Assembly (NCBI GenBank): GCA_041483895.1
Contig: JBGPGO010000015.1
Coordinates: 29,028-93,027, forward strand
Direction: 5' to 3'
DNA length: 64,000 bases
From: Fimbriimonadia bacterium
GTDB lineage: Bacteria > Armatimonadota > Fimbriimonadia > Fimbriimonadales > JABRVX01
Positions 9,600 to 20,046 of the stretch are shown in pieces. Below the pieces are notes generated by a model. The model saw nothing but the letters and a program-made list of their open reading frames with translations, was not told where the DNA came from and made no database searches. A program made the position numbers and the translations under genes. The stretch's first letter is position 1. Each line of letters starts with the position of its first letter.

Positions 9600-11002
9600 T
9601 CTTGAAACGTTTCTACGACGACAAATTGGCGCAGGCAAGCTTCCTGATCGGCTGCGGCAAGTCTGGCGAGGCCTGTATCATCGATCCGAATCGGGATATC
9701 GAACAATACATCGAGGCCGCCGCAAGCGAAGGGCTGAAGATCAAGGCAGTGACGGAAACGCACATCCACGCGGACTTTGTCTCCGGCAGCAGAGAGCTGG
9801 CCGAAAAGACCGGCGCGCGTCTCTATCTCAGCGACGAAGGGGACGCGGATTGGAAATATGGATTTGCCAATCAGCCCAACGTAACCCTTGTCCTAGACGG
9901 CGACAGAATCAGGATCGGTAATGTCCGGCTCGATGTGATCAAGACCCCCGGTCACACACCGGAGCACATCAGCTTCCTCCTCACCGATGAAGCATCTTCC
10001 CCTCAGCCGCTCGGCGCGTTCACCGGCGACTTCATTTTCGTCGGCGACGTCGGCCGCCCGGACCTCCTCGAGCGCGCCGCGGGATTTGAAGGCACGATGG
10101 AAAAGGGGGCACGCATCCTGTATAAATCGCTGACAGATTTCAAGAAAATGCCGGACACGCTGATCCTATGGCCCTCCCACGGATCCGGCAGCGCCTGCGG
10201 CAAGAATCTCGGAGGCGTCCCGATCAGCACATTGGGTTACGAGAAAAACGCGAACTGGGCATTCCGCGCACCCGACGAACAGACCTTCACCGCCACGGTC
10301 CTGCAAGGCCAGCCCGATCCGCCCGCCTATTTCAAGCACATGAAGCGCATCAACCGGGACGGCCCTCCCATTCTCGGCCCATTCCGAATGCCGCGCAGCT
10401 TGGAAGCCGACCAAATCATAGCGCTGTTGGGAGGCGGAGCAACCGTGATCGATATCCGCCCAACCGAAGAGGTCGCCTCCGGATTCATCCCCGGCACTAT
10501 AACCATTGCGCTCGGCAAATCCTTCCCCAACTGGGCCGGATGGCTAACCCCCTACGATCAACCAGTCTATCTGCTTGGCAGCAAGGAGGCAGTTGAAGAG
10601 GCGGCAAAAGATCTTCGCAAAATCGGCCTCGACAATATCGGCGGCTGGTTTGGGCAAGACGCCCTTGCCCATTGCCAACAGCACGGAAAGATAGAGACAA
10701 TCGGCCAAATCTCTGCGACCGACGCTGCGTCCAGAAGCGATGCCGCAATTCTCGACGTCCGCAGCGCCTCAGAATACAGCGAAGGACACATTCCCGAAGC
10801 GATAAACATCCCTCTCGGCCACCTGCAATCCCGGATCGCCGAAGTTCCCAATGGCCGCCACCTAATCGTTCATTGCCAAGGCGGCACCCGCTCCCCAATC
10901 GCTGCCAGCCTGCTGGCGAAACTCGGGAGGCCGGGCGCAATCAACATGACGGACGGGTTCATGGACTGGGAGAGCCGCGGACTGCCGATCGAGCGCACGT
11001 AG
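9596..11002 (+). CDS. MBL-fold persulfide dioxygenase fused to two rhodanese domains (CstB-like)
   Basis: ETHIHADFVSG, TPGHTPEH, GDVGRPDL, HGSGSACGK; C-terminal rhodanese HCQGGTRS; ATGA overlap with the VOC gene. Confidence 0.88.
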   Translation: MILKRFYDDKLAQASFLIGCGKSGEACIIDPNRDIEQYIEAAASEGLKIKAVTETHIHADFVSGSRELAEKTGARLYLSDEGDADWKYGFANQPNVTLVLDGDRIRIGNVRLDVIKTPGHTPEHISFLLTDEASSPQPLGAFTGDFIFVGDVGRPDLLERAAGFEGTMEKGARILYKSLTDFKKMPDTLILWPSHGSGSACGKNLGGVPISTLGYEKNANWAFRAPDEQTFTATVLQGQPDPPAYFKHMKRINRDGPPILGPFRMPRSLEADQIIALLGGGATVIDIRPTEEVASGFIPGTITIALGKSFPNWAGWLTPYDQPVYLLGSKEAVEEAAKDLRKIGLDNIGGWFGQDALAHCQQHGKIETIGQISATDAASRSDAAILDVRSASEYSEGHIPEAINIPLGHLQSRIAEVPNGRHLIVHCQGGTRSPIAASLLAKLGRPGAINMTDGFMDWESRGLPIERT

Positions 11003-11024
11003 TCGAATGCGGCTGTCAAGAACG

Positions 11025-11681
11025 TCATTTGGTTTCATGTTTCTTTCCTAACTGAAACGTATAGGAGAGGTCCACAAATAGCCCGTCTCCCGCAGATCGT
11101 TCGTTCGGTACCATTTCACCAATCGCCAACGCGGCACTGTCGCTCATGTTCCACTGAATTCCGACGGTGGTGAAATTGTCGTTCCCCGTTATCGTATCCA
11201 CCTGCAGTACGAGATTGTTGTGCGTTGCATACTCCAAACCGAACATAGCCGAGTCCGAATCACCCCGCGTCCAACCGATGTGGAGCCGCACAGGACGAAT
11301 GTTCAGCGATGCAGCAGCATAGGGCTGTTCTCCGAACGACCGCACACCCACGTTCTCGTACCCGATCGCCGCCGAATAGAAGCCATTCTGAATGATCGAT
11401 AGACTGATATTGGGGGATCCTGCCGCTGTTCCCGTCGTCAGGAAATCCGCGCCGATGGTCAGCCTGTTCGTCAAGCCAAACCGCAGCCCCAAGATGGCGA
11501 ATGTATCGGCGGAATTCAACACTCGGGCGCCATTCAGTTGGTAGTCCGCCGCTATCAGTCCCGGAGGAAGCACATCGCCGGACGGGATGGAGAACAGGCC
11601 TTGTCCGAACACCGAACTGCCGATCGAAGCCAACAAGACAACCCCGAGCCCCTTGTTCAAATTACTTCCTCCATCCTTCAC
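11025..11681 (-). CDS. Hypothetical secreted protein, probable outer-membrane beta-barrel
   Basis: Signal peptide, alternating hydrophobic beta-strand pattern, near-terminal LSYTF. Confidence 0.5.
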   Translation of the reverse strand: MKDGGSNLNKGLGVVLLASIGSSVFGQGLFSIPSGDVLPPGLIAADYQLNGARVLNSADTFAILGLRFGLTNRLTIGADFLTTGTAAGSPNISLSIIQNGFYSAAIGYENVGVRSFGEQPYAAASLNIRPVRLHIGWTRGDSDSAMFGLEYATHNNLVLQVDTITGNDNFTTVGIQWNMSDSAALAIGEMVPNERSAGDGLFVDLSYTFQLGKKHETK

Positions 11682-11721
11682 ACCTGCATGCCATTCACGT
11701 TTGCGCTCGGCAACGCATCTC

Positions 11722-14268
11722 TTAGCGAAAGCCGAAGGTCTGAAATTTCCAGGGCTTCAAATCGAACGTCATCACGCCTTCCTTCAGCAGTGCACCTTTC
11801 GATGGGTTCCCAAGAAGATCGGTAGCCGTTGCGCCTTTCACGGCAAATCCGAACTTAACGCGGGCCGCGCCTTCCTTGCCGTCCGTCTCCACCAACCGCA
11901 TCTCAAATCCCAAGGCAGTCTTTCGAAGTTCGCTCAATTGCACATTGCCGGGTTCCACCGAAACGAAGCTGCGCGCTGTCGGCAGCGTTCCGTTTGCCGG
12001 CTTGCCCACATGAACGATCAGCTTTTGCGTAAAGTCATTCGCCGCGCGAAGCCGATCGGCGTTCGTGATCGCGGCGTGCGGCAGCAGCGCGTGCCGATAT
12101 TCCGCATAGCGCGGCCAACCGTAATCCCCCGTGAAGCGCGATTCCCATTCGCGCATGATCAGGTTGGAAACCACTCCCTTCTCATCGATCTTAAACCATT
12201 GAGTCCCCTCGTGCAGCACCAGAAGCCCCGAATCCTTCCCCTCCAAATCCGCGAACGTCAGGGCATGAAACTCCTTGTGAATCGTAGGCTCGACAGCCAT
12301 AGCATAGTCACGCAATACGGTTGTCGGCTGGAAGTTCGGCATGAAATCAAGATAGTATCCTCCGACGATATCCGGCGGCGAATCGTCCGGCTTGGGCGGC
12401 ATCATCGGTAGCAGTCGCGTGACAACTTCGGCATAGGGCTTGCCTGCGGCCAGCGTCACCTGAGTCTCATAGGTGGTGTTATCCCAAACATGATGCGCCT
12501 TGAGAGTCGCGAAAACCGGACCCTTCTTCACCCAGGTTAGCACTGCCCTGGTTTTGTTCCCATCATAATCCGCAGCGATGTTCGGACGAAGTGGGAACGA
12601 CTGATTCGGTTTGGCGCGATAGATCGGAAACATATCGCCGTCCTGCGCGATCATCTCTTTTCCAAGCCGCTTGTCAAATAAGCTCCGTATCGCCCCGATC
12701 TGCGGATCAATCTGTATCCAGATGTACTCATTCTCCATCGTCAAATTCTTTTCGTCGATTTGCAGCAGCGAGGTCGCGATTTCCGGAGAGAACACCAGAT
12801 AGTATGTCGAATATCCAACGCTTGGAGCGGAAGCGTTGAATGCCACATTGACCATCTCCAACTTCCCGTCTTTATCCCGTTGCGATCCGACTATCTGCGA
12901 CGGTATGTCCCGGCCATTTTGATCAACCACGGACACATCGTTTACCTTCGCGGGAAGCGGATACAATCGCCCGGTTTCAACCACATCATTGCGGTCCCAC
13001 GGCGAGGGATTGAATACAGTAATCGCAAGCCGACCTTCGCCCGATGATTTCACCCGCCCAGCCAGGAAACTGGTCGCAGATTCCAAGACTGACGTTGCCG
13101 TCCCTTCCGCCGAATCGGCCAAGTTGTAACCCAGCGCCCCCCATGTAAAATTATGTTTGTCCTCGATTCGATCCAACGGCGCCATCCGGTCCTGCTGCCA
13201 CCGGGAATACTCGCACAGCCCAACATCATGACTCTGCGACGCGAGAAGATCCTTCCAAGCCTCATCCAGTTCCTTCCAATGGGACGGAAACCCCATCGAA
13301 GACGCGATGGCATCGAAGCGTTCCGCAGCCAGCAGTTCCCCTTCCACTTTGCGTTGAAAAATCCGCACTTGGTCTCCGCCCAGTCCCCACGTCAGAGACT
13401 TCGACCAGTCATCCATCCCAAACTTGCGTGTCTCCGTAGGATGGCCATACTTGTCCATATACTCTTTCAGCGTCACGTACTCCACAGGCGCCTGCTTCGA
13501 AATGTTCTTGTAATAGTCTGCCTGCCACGTATACGCCGGCGTCTCGTGCGGTTCCCAGCCAAACTCCTCCCACACCATCAGCAACGGCTTGCCGAGCTTG
13601 TCGAGATTCTTGTAGCCATCCGATGCGGAAAGCTGCTTCCAATCCAGCCCCGCGCGGAACAGTGCGTTCTTCGGCGTCGTCGGTATGGTTGAACCATCTT
13701 TCCCTTTCCAATTCAGCGAATTTAATTCTACCGTCGGCACGCCCGCCCGGCCCCACGTATCCACCTGCGCCAAACTCGCATATTTGTAGCCGGCGCTGAT
13801 CAAAATCTGCGGCAATTGTGGGTGGCTGAACTCCTCCTCTTCCAAGAAAGTGGTCATGTCGTAACCCAACGCCTGCTTAATGGCCACCCGCCCCATCACC
13901 ACCTGGCGAATATTCGATTCCCCACTAAACGTCGTCGCCATCGGCTGGCCATACGACCCCCCAATCAGTTCCAACTTCCCAGCGGCCAAATACTTCTTGA
14001 GCCGATCGGTGACTTCCGGGAAATGCTTCACCATCAGCTCGTACGCCCGCGCGTCCAGATTGATACAGGTCTTCACCCCCGCCCGGTCATACATCTCCAT
14101 CGCGTCCGTCACCGACAGCACATTGGATTCTAATCCCAACTGCCAACCGATACCGGTGTAGCTCCAATGGTTGCAAACCGTTACGCACAGTCCATCGCCC
14201 GGCTTATCCTGCTGGGCCGCCGGACCGACGAGCATCGCCAAGACCGGAAAAAGATATCGAAATTCCAT
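11722..14268 (-). CDS. GH38 (alpha-mannosidase)-like glycoside hydrolase, divergent
   Basis: GESNIRQ..G, HPQLPQIL..AGYKY, SQSHD, VFNPSPWDRND, PSVGYSTY, MENEYI, LKPWKFQTF; signal peptide from ATG 14268. Confidence 0.7.
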   Translation of the reverse strand: MEFRYLFPVLAMLVGPAAQQDKPGDGLCVTVCNHWSYTGIGWQLGLESNVLSVTDAMEMYDRAGVKTCINLDARAYELMVKHFPEVTDRLKKYLAAGKLELIGGSYGQPMATTFSGESNIRQVVMGRVAIKQALGYDMTTFLEEEEFSHPQLPQILISAGYKYASLAQVDTWGRAGVPTVELNSLNWKGKDGSTIPTTPKNALFRAGLDWKQLSASDGYKNLDKLGKPLLMVWEEFGWEPHETPAYTWQADYYKNISKQAPVEYVTLKEYMDKYGHPTETRKFGMDDWSKSLTWGLGGDQVRIFQRKVEGELLAAERFDAIASSMGFPSHWKELDEAWKDLLASQSHDVGLCEYSRWQQDRMAPLDRIEDKHNFTWGALGYNLADSAEGTATSVLESATSFLAGRVKSSGEGRLAITVFNPSPWDRNDVVETGRLYPLPAKVNDVSVVDQNGRDIPSQIVGSQRDKDGKLEMVNVAFNASAPSVGYSTYYLVFSPEIATSLLQIDEKNLTMENEYIWIQIDPQIGAIRSLFDKRLGKEMIAQDGDMFPIYRAKPNQSFPLRPNIAADYDGNKTRAVLTWVKKGPVFATLKAHHVWDNTTYETQVTLAAGKPYAEVVTRLLPMMPPKPDDSPPDIVGGYYLDFMPNFQPTTVLRDYAMAVEPTIHKEFHALTFADLEGKDSGLLVLHEGTQWFKIDEKGVVSNLIMREWESRFTGDYGWPRYAEYRHALLPHAAITNADRLRAANDFTQKLIVHVGKPANGTLPTARSFVSVEPGNVQLSELRKTALGFEMRLVETDGKEGAARVKFGFAVKGATATDLLGNPSKGALLKEGVMTFDLKPWKFQTFGFR

Positions 14269-14331
14269 ATCCCGAATTCTACCTGTAGCTTCGGCGCAGG
14301 AAACCCTGTGTCCCGTCGCGAACGAACACGC

Positions 14332-15498
14332 ATGTTGCCGCCCGACAAGTTGTCCTTTGTGGTAGACGTAGCCCATTGGAATCCGCCGCTTCCGACAAAC
14401 CCGAAGCATTTCACGTGGAACCTTGCTAGGCTGGGATACAAAGTTCTGGCAACGCTTTGGCAGGGTCCGCTTCCCGCCGCCAAGCGCTTCAACCCCTTCT
14501 GCTGGACCAACCAAGAACCGGAGGAGATGGAACCAAATCTCTGGCTCCTGCGTTATCAGTGGCCAATGTTGGAAAGGACCGCCTGGGGCGCGCGAATCAA
14601 CAGCGGCGTCTACCGCCGAACCATTGAGAAGTCCGTTGCCGCGCTGGGCTTTGCAAACCAAACCTATTTTCTGCAGTTCACGCCGACCCACTTCGAAGCG
14701 GCGCTAGAAGCAAGCAAAACCTTCCCACTCATCTATCGCCCCATCGATGACTCCTCCATGGCCCCCATCTACCAGTCTCGGATCGATTATTGGCTTGCCG
14801 GCGAGAAGAAGATGCTCGAGCGCGCCGCGCTCATCGCCCCGCTCGGCAGGAAGGTCTACGACGCTCTGCAGGGCAAATACCCGCACGTGCGGCGAATATC
14901 CACAGGAGTGGATTTCGCACTGTTCTCGGCGAAGCAGCCGGAACCGCAGGACATAAGTGAAATCCCCCATCCTCGCTTCGGATTCTGCGGCGCAATCGAT
15001 CGATATAAGATTGATTTCCGGTTGGTAGAGCGTTTGGCCGAACTCCGTCCCGATTGGAGTTGGGTGTATGTTGGCGCGATTGGAATGCAAGACGGCACCA
15101 CATTCGAATCCCTCCCCCATCGTCCAAACCTACACTATCTCGGAGCCAAGCCGCAGTCGGAGATTCCGGCCTATCTCCAACATTTCGACGTCGGAACCAT
15201 GCCGATGAACATCAACGACTACACGACAGGCATCAACCCATTGAAGCTGTATGAGAACTACGCCACCGGACTGCCCCTAGTGACAACGCCACTGCCATTT
15301 GCTGTGGATGAGCCGACGGTGTATGTCGCCGAAAGCCCGGAACTGTTCATCACGCAGTGTGAAAAAGCGCTCGCGGACCGCCCGGAACAGTCACCCAAGC
15401 TGATTGAGTTGGCGCAAGCGAACGACTGGCGTCAGAGAGCTATCGAACTGCTGGAATTCATCGCGGAAACCGCGGAAGAGCGTAGCCAAGATACATAG
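14332..15498 (+). CDS. Glycosyltransferase, GT4-like (TuaH-like)
   Basis: GVDFALF, PHPRFGFCGAI, PNLHYLG, LQHFDVG, NPLKLYENYATGLPLV. Confidence 0.85.
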   Translation: MLPPDKLSFVVDVAHWNPPLPTNPKHFTWNLARLGYKVLATLWQGPLPAAKRFNPFCWTNQEPEEMEPNLWLLRYQWPMLERTAWGARINSGVYRRTIEKSVAALGFANQTYFLQFTPTHFEAALEASKTFPLIYRPIDDSSMAPIYQSRIDYWLAGEKKMLERAALIAPLGRKVYDALQGKYPHVRRISTGVDFALFSAKQPEPQDISEIPHPRFGFCGAIDRYKIDFRLVERLAELRPDWSWVYVGAIGMQDGTTFESLPHRPNLHYLGAKPQSEIPAYLQHFDVGTMPMNINDYTTGINPLKLYENYATGLPLVTTPLPFAVDEPTVYVAESPELFITQCEKALADRPEQSPKLIELAQANDWRQRAIELLEFIAETAEERSQDT

Positions 15499-16439
15499 GA
15501 TTTGAGTCCGCGTTCCAACGGATATCCTGGACGGTAACCATACATCTCTTGCGCCTTCGAAATATCGGCCAGCGTTGTAGAAACATCGCCCAATTGCAAT
15601 GGCTGTTCGTCGAAGACTGGCGTCACTCCCATCTCAGCTCCAAGCAGCCTGATCAACTGATCGAGACTTGTCAATTTTCCGGCGCCAAGATTTATGATCT
15701 GGTAACCAGCCGGCCGCTGCGCAATTCGAATGACACCATCGATGATATCATCGCAATACGTAAAGTCCCGTTGCATGGAACCATCCCCAAACATCGGCAC
15801 CGGCCTTCCCGCGCCGATCAAACGGGCAAACCTGGCGATCGCCATATCGGGTCGCTGTCGAGGACCGTAGGCGGTAAAGAAGCGAAGGCAGGAGGTTGGT
15901 AGGCTGTACAAAGCGTTCCAAGTTGCGCACAGCAGCTCGCCGGCCCGCTTCGTCGCGGCATACGGCGATATCGGCCGGTCCACATTGTTAGTTTCGCGGA
16001 ACGGCACATCCACCCGATCTCCGTACACGCTGGAGCTGCTCGCGAAAACGAAGTGCCGTGCATTAATTCTTGTTGCAAGCTGCAGCATGTTTGCGGTTCC
16101 GGTAACGTTGACGTCGCAGTACTCGGAAGGTCTCTCGATGCTGGAACGGACCCCGGCATAGCCGGCCAGATGGGCAACGATATCGACCGGCATGGCGAAC
16201 ACCGCTGCCATCGCATCCTGATTTCGGATGTCGGCCTCAATGAACGAAATGCGCTTCGCAAAGCAAGCCAGATTGGATCGCTTGATCCCAGGATCGTAAA
16301 ATGGATCGAAGTTGTCGACGCCGATAACCGCGGCGCCCTCGTCCAAGAGCCGCTCGCACAAATGCGAGCCGAGGAACCCCGCCGCGCCGGTGACAAGCAC
16401 CGACGCTCCCTTCAGCGATATCGTCGCAGCGACTTCCAT
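15432..16439 (-). CDS. NAD-dependent epimerase (UDP-glucuronate 4-epimerase-like)
   Basis: VTGAAGFLGSH, ASSSSVYG, PISPYAATKRAGE (YxxxK), LRFFTAYGPRQRPDMA, RDFTY. Confidence 0.9.
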   Translation of the reverse strand: MEVAATISLKGASVLVTGAAGFLGSHLCERLLDEGAAVIGVDNFDPFYDPGIKRSNLACFAKRISFIEADIRNQDAMAAVFAMPVDIVAHLAGYAGVRSSIERPSEYCDVNVTGTANMLQLATRINARHFVFASSSSVYGDRVDVPFRETNNVDRPISPYAATKRAGELLCATWNALYSLPTSCLRFFTAYGPRQRPDMAIARFARLIGAGRPVPMFGDGSMQRDFTYCDDIIDGVIRIAQRPAGYQIINLGAGKLTSLDQLIRLLGAEMGVTPVFDEQPLQLGDVSTTLADISKAQEMYGYRPGYPLERGLKSYVSWLRSSAVSAMNSSSSIAL

Positions 16440-16620
16440 AGTGCATTCCCTATACAAATAGCAAACGATTAGCCAAATACTTCGCCTTTGTACCTACCAT
16501 CGCAATTATACACGACGAAATGGCGGAACAAGCTCCATTTCCCACGGATTTAGCTTACACCCCATCCGATGTCAGTGGCAGGGTATAGGCGGTGCGCAAA
16601 GAACTTTCGCCGTTACCGGT

Positions 16621-19131
16621 ATGCACGACCCAACCCTGATCGCCATACAACAAATCACAAAATTCTACGGCGGCGTGACCGCCTTGGGCGCCGTCTCCTT
16701 CGAAATCGCCAAAGGCGAGGTCCATGCCCTCTGTGGGGAAAACGGAGCCGGAAAATCGACGCTGAACAAGATACTCTCCGGGTCCCTCTTGCCCGACAGC
16801 GGGGAGATAACGGTGGAAAATCGCCCATTGCCAATGGGCAGCGTCCAGGCGTGCCAGGATAGGGGCATCAGCATCGTTCACCAGGAATCCACCGCATTCC
16901 TTCATCTCAACGCGATAGACAATATCTTTGTGGGCCGCGAGCTGACCGCGCCGGGGTGGGGGTTCTTCCGCAAGCTCTCCCTCCCCTTTGCGAGGAACGA
17001 GCAAGGGGGAGGGGTGGGGTGGGGGTTCTTCCTCGATCGGCGGCAAATGGAACGAAAGACCCGCGAACTGATGCTGCGTCTCGGAGAAAGCCTCCCCATC
17101 GACGTCCCCCTCCTCAACCTCACGACGGCGCAGCGTCAGATGGTCTCCATCGCCCGCGCGTTGGCTCGCGACTGCCGCCTGCTCATCATGGATGAACCGA
17201 CCTCCTCCCTTTCCGCCAAGGAATCGGCGGCGCTCTTCCGCATCGTGCGTCAGCTAAGGTCCGAGGGCGTGAGCATCTTGTGGGTGACCCACCGCCTAGA
17301 CGAGGTTTTCGAGCTGGCGGACCGAGTGACGGTTCTTCGAGACGGGAAATATGTCGGAACTCGGTCCATCGGCGAACTGGACCGAGCAGAGCTGATCCGG
17401 ATGATGGTGGGTAGGGAGATGGCGACCATCACTGCTAGAGAATCCAACCCCGCCGAGATCGCGCTCACCGTAAAAGGGTTGAGCGGCCCGGCCTTCCAAG
17501 ACGTTAACCTGACGGTGCGCGCTGGAGAGATCGTGGCGCTGGCGGGACTGGTAGGCGCCGGGCGCAGCGAGCTGGCCCGCGCGATCGCCGGCATCGATTC
17601 CTATGACGCAGGAACGATCGAGGCCGAAGGGCGCGCGATATCCTACGTCCCGGAAGACCGGCAACACCAGGGCCTCGCGCTCCCCATGTCGATACGCGAG
17701 AACCTAACTCTGAGCGTTTTGCCTCGCATCGCCCCGCGGCATCTCCTCATTCGCGCAAGAGAGAATCAGGTCGCGCAACAGTATATGCAGGAGCTCGACA
17801 TACGCGCCGATTCGACTGCCCGCCCGGTCGAATCACTCTCAGGAGGCAACCAACAAAAGGTGCTCCTCGGCAAGTGGCTTGCCACCGATCCGCAAATCCT
17901 CATTCTCGACGAACCTACCCGTGGAATCGATGTCGGCGCGAAGGCAGAAATCCACCGTCACATTCGCGCGCTGGCCGACCGGGGCGTCGCTATTCTGCTT
18001 ATCTCGTCGGAAATGCCGGAGGTGCTCGATCTCGCCGACCGCATCATCGTCCTCCGCGAGGGCCAAGTCGCCGGGGAGCTTTCCCGCAGCGAGGCAACGC
18101 AGGAGAAACTTCTCGCTCTCTCCCTCCCCGACGAATCGGCGGAACAGAAAGCCGTCCAATCCAAAGAACCAATAGTCGACCGGTTGGCGCGGCAACGAGA
18201 GATCGGCGTCGGCGCCCTGGTGGCCCTCACGCTGATCGTCGTTTCCCTCGTCAACCCTCGCTTCCTTTCCATCGAAAACCTCCGCGATCTTCTCATCAAC
18301 GCGGCCCCAATCGCAATCGCCGCATGCGGAATGACGCTCGTAATCCTCGCCCGAGAAATCGATATCAGCATCGGCTCGCTGATGGGACTCAGCGCGGCGA
18401 TTATGGGCATCATCGCCTCGCCGACGCGCATGGGCGGATCGGTGCCGCTCAGCATCGCGCTCGCGCTAGCCACCGGCCTGTCTATCGGCCTCCTCAACGG
18501 AGCGCTGGTCGCCGTGGGCCGCGTTCCTTCCATCATCGTAACGCTCGGCATGCTGACTATCCTTCGCGGCGGTACTGATCTGCTGATGCGCGGGCAATGG
18601 ATCACCGACATCCCGCCCGGGCTTCGCGTGCTCGGAACGGGCTCCGTTCTGGGCGTGCCGATCAGCCTTTGGACCGCCGCGATCTGCCTGATATGCACGG
18701 GATGGCTGCTCGCCCGCACCGCGCTCGGCCGCAGGATTGTCGCGCTCGGTTCCAACCCCCAGGCGGCTGTCTACGCGGGCATCTCCCCTACCCGAATCCG
18801 TCTGTTTGTATTTGCGTGCAGCGGTCTGCTAACGGCGATCGCGACGCTCGTTAGCGTTACGCGCCTATCCACCATCGAATCCGGAATCGGCGTCGGATTT
18901 GAGCTGCTGGTCGTAACTTGCGTCGTGGTCGGCGGCACCTCGATTCGCGGCGGCCAAGGCAGCGTGCTCGGCTCCTTCTTCGGCACGTTGCTGCTCGGCA
19001 GCGTGGCGACCATGCTGATCTTCCTACGCCTGGGCGAGATGTCCACATACTGGGAAAGGGCGATCCAGGGAGCGTTTATCTTGGCGGCGGTGATGATGGA
19101 CAACCTCGCGCGGCGGCGGGCGAAATCGTGA
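16621..19131 (+). CDS. Sugar ABC transporter: double-domain ATPase fused to a RbsC-type permease
   Basis: GENGAGKST, MDEPT, LSGGNQQK, LDEPTRGIDVG, then multi-TM permease with IDISIG and PSIIVTLG. Confidence 0.9.
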   Translation: MHDPTLIAIQQITKFYGGVTALGAVSFEIAKGEVHALCGENGAGKSTLNKILSGSLLPDSGEITVENRPLPMGSVQACQDRGISIVHQESTAFLHLNAIDNIFVGRELTAPGWGFFRKLSLPFARNEQGGGVGWGFFLDRRQMERKTRELMLRLGESLPIDVPLLNLTTAQRQMVSIARALARDCRLLIMDEPTSSLSAKESAALFRIVRQLRSEGVSILWVTHRLDEVFELADRVTVLRDGKYVGTRSIGELDRAELIRMMVGREMATITARESNPAEIALTVKGLSGPAFQDVNLTVRAGEIVALAGLVGAGRSELARAIAGIDSYDAGTIEAEGRAISYVPEDRQHQGLALPMSIRENLTLSVLPRIAPRHLLIRARENQVAQQYMQELDIRADSTARPVESLSGGNQQKVLLGKWLATDPQILILDEPTRGIDVGAKAEIHRHIRALADRGVAILLISSEMPEVLDLADRIIVLREGQVAGELSRSEATQEKLLALSLPDESAEQKAVQSKEPIVDRLARQREIGVGALVALTLIVVSLVNPRFLSIENLRDLLINAAPIAIAACGMTLVILAREIDISIGSLMGLSAAIMGIIASPTRMGGSVPLSIALALATGLSIGLLNGALVAVGRVPSIIVTLGMLTILRGGTDLLMRGQWITDIPPGLRVLGTGSVLGVPISLWTAAICLICTGWLLARTALGRRIVALGSNPQAAVYAGISPTRIRLFVFACSGLLTAIATLVSVTRLSTIESGIGVGFELLVVTCVVVGGTSIRGGQGSVLGSFFGTLLLGSVATMLIFLRLGEMSTYWERAIQGAFILAAVMMDNLARRRAKS
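16953..17032. repeat. REP-like palindrome with a 17-bp direct repeat, in-frame inside the ABC ATPase
   Basis: GGGGTGGGGGTTCTTCC at 16953 and 17016 (63 bp apart) enclosing the hairpin CCCTCCCCTTTGC..GCAAGGGGGAGGG. Confidence 0.75.
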
Positions 19132-20036
19132 AAGTTCGTCAGGAGATACTCTTAGGATTGCTTCTGGTCCTGCTAATGATAGTCGCTTGGCGCGTCGACC
19201 CGGCGTTCGTTTCTTGGGAAGCGCAATCCCTGCTGGCATCCCACCTGTGGGAAACCGCCATCATGGCGGTCCCGATGACTCTAGTCATTCTGATCGGCGG
19301 CATCGATCTTTCGGTAGGGGCCATCCTCGCCGTGTCGGCTGTCGCGCTCGGATTGGCCTTCCAGCACGGACTGCCCCCGTACGCCGCCGCCATTCTCTCC
19401 GTGATCATCGGCGCCTTCCTTGGGCTCGCGAACGGCTGGCTCATCACGGGGCTCCGCGCGCAACCGCTCATCATCACCCTGGCGACATTGGCTGCCTATC
19501 GGGGCATCGCGGAAGGCATCAGTCTCGCAAAGCCCAACTCCGGGTTCCCAGCGACATTTCTTGCGTTCGGATCGAGTTCCTTCGCCGCCATCGCGTTCGT
19601 CGTTCTGGCCGGAACCGCCGCCTTTATCCTGGCAAAAACCCCAACAGGACGCGCCATCTATGTCATGGGCCACAACGAAACGGTAGCGCGCTTCTCCCGC
19701 CTTCCCGTAGACCGAATCAAGCTCATTCTCTATGGATCCAGCGGAGCAGCGGCCGGGTTGGCCGGCGCGATCATGGTTGCCCGCCGCAACACCGCCAAAG
19801 CGGACCTGGGAGCCGGGATCGAGCTGGATGTGATCACCGCCGTCGTGCTCGGCGGCGTCAGCATCAACGGCGGAAAGGGCGGCATTTTCGGCCTGGTTCT
19901 CGGCCTATTCTTGGTCCATGAGACCCGCGAATTTGTGAGCTGGCGATGGCAGAAGGACGAGGTGGTCCTCATCGTCATCGGCCTCCTTCTCATCCTTTCC
20001 GTACTGTTGCAACGGTCGAAAACCGAGGACGGGTAG
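19128..20036 (+). CDS. Sugar ABC transporter permease
   Basis: GGIDLSVG, PLIITLAT, ELDVITAVVLGG; GTGA overlap with the upstream gene. Confidence 0.9.
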   Translation: MKVRQEILLGLLLVLLMIVAWRVDPAFVSWEAQSLLASHLWETAIMAVPMTLVILIGGIDLSVGAILAVSAVALGLAFQHGLPPYAAAILSVIIGAFLGLANGWLITGLRAQPLIITLATLAAYRGIAEGISLAKPNSGFPATFLAFGSSSFAAIAFVVLAGTAAFILAKTPTGRAIYVMGHNETVARFSRLPVDRIKLILYGSSGAAAGLAGAIMVARRNTAKADLGAGIELDVITAVVLGGVSINGGKGGIFGLVLGLFLVHETREFVSWRWQKDEVVLIVIGLLLILSVLLQRSKTEDG

Positions 20037-20046
20037 TATAGGTTCC

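Noticed and set aside
14167..14691. Apparent long head-to-head overlap of the GH38-like and glycosyltransferase ORFs
   Set aside because: Better starts at 14268 (-) and 14332 (+) remove the overlap
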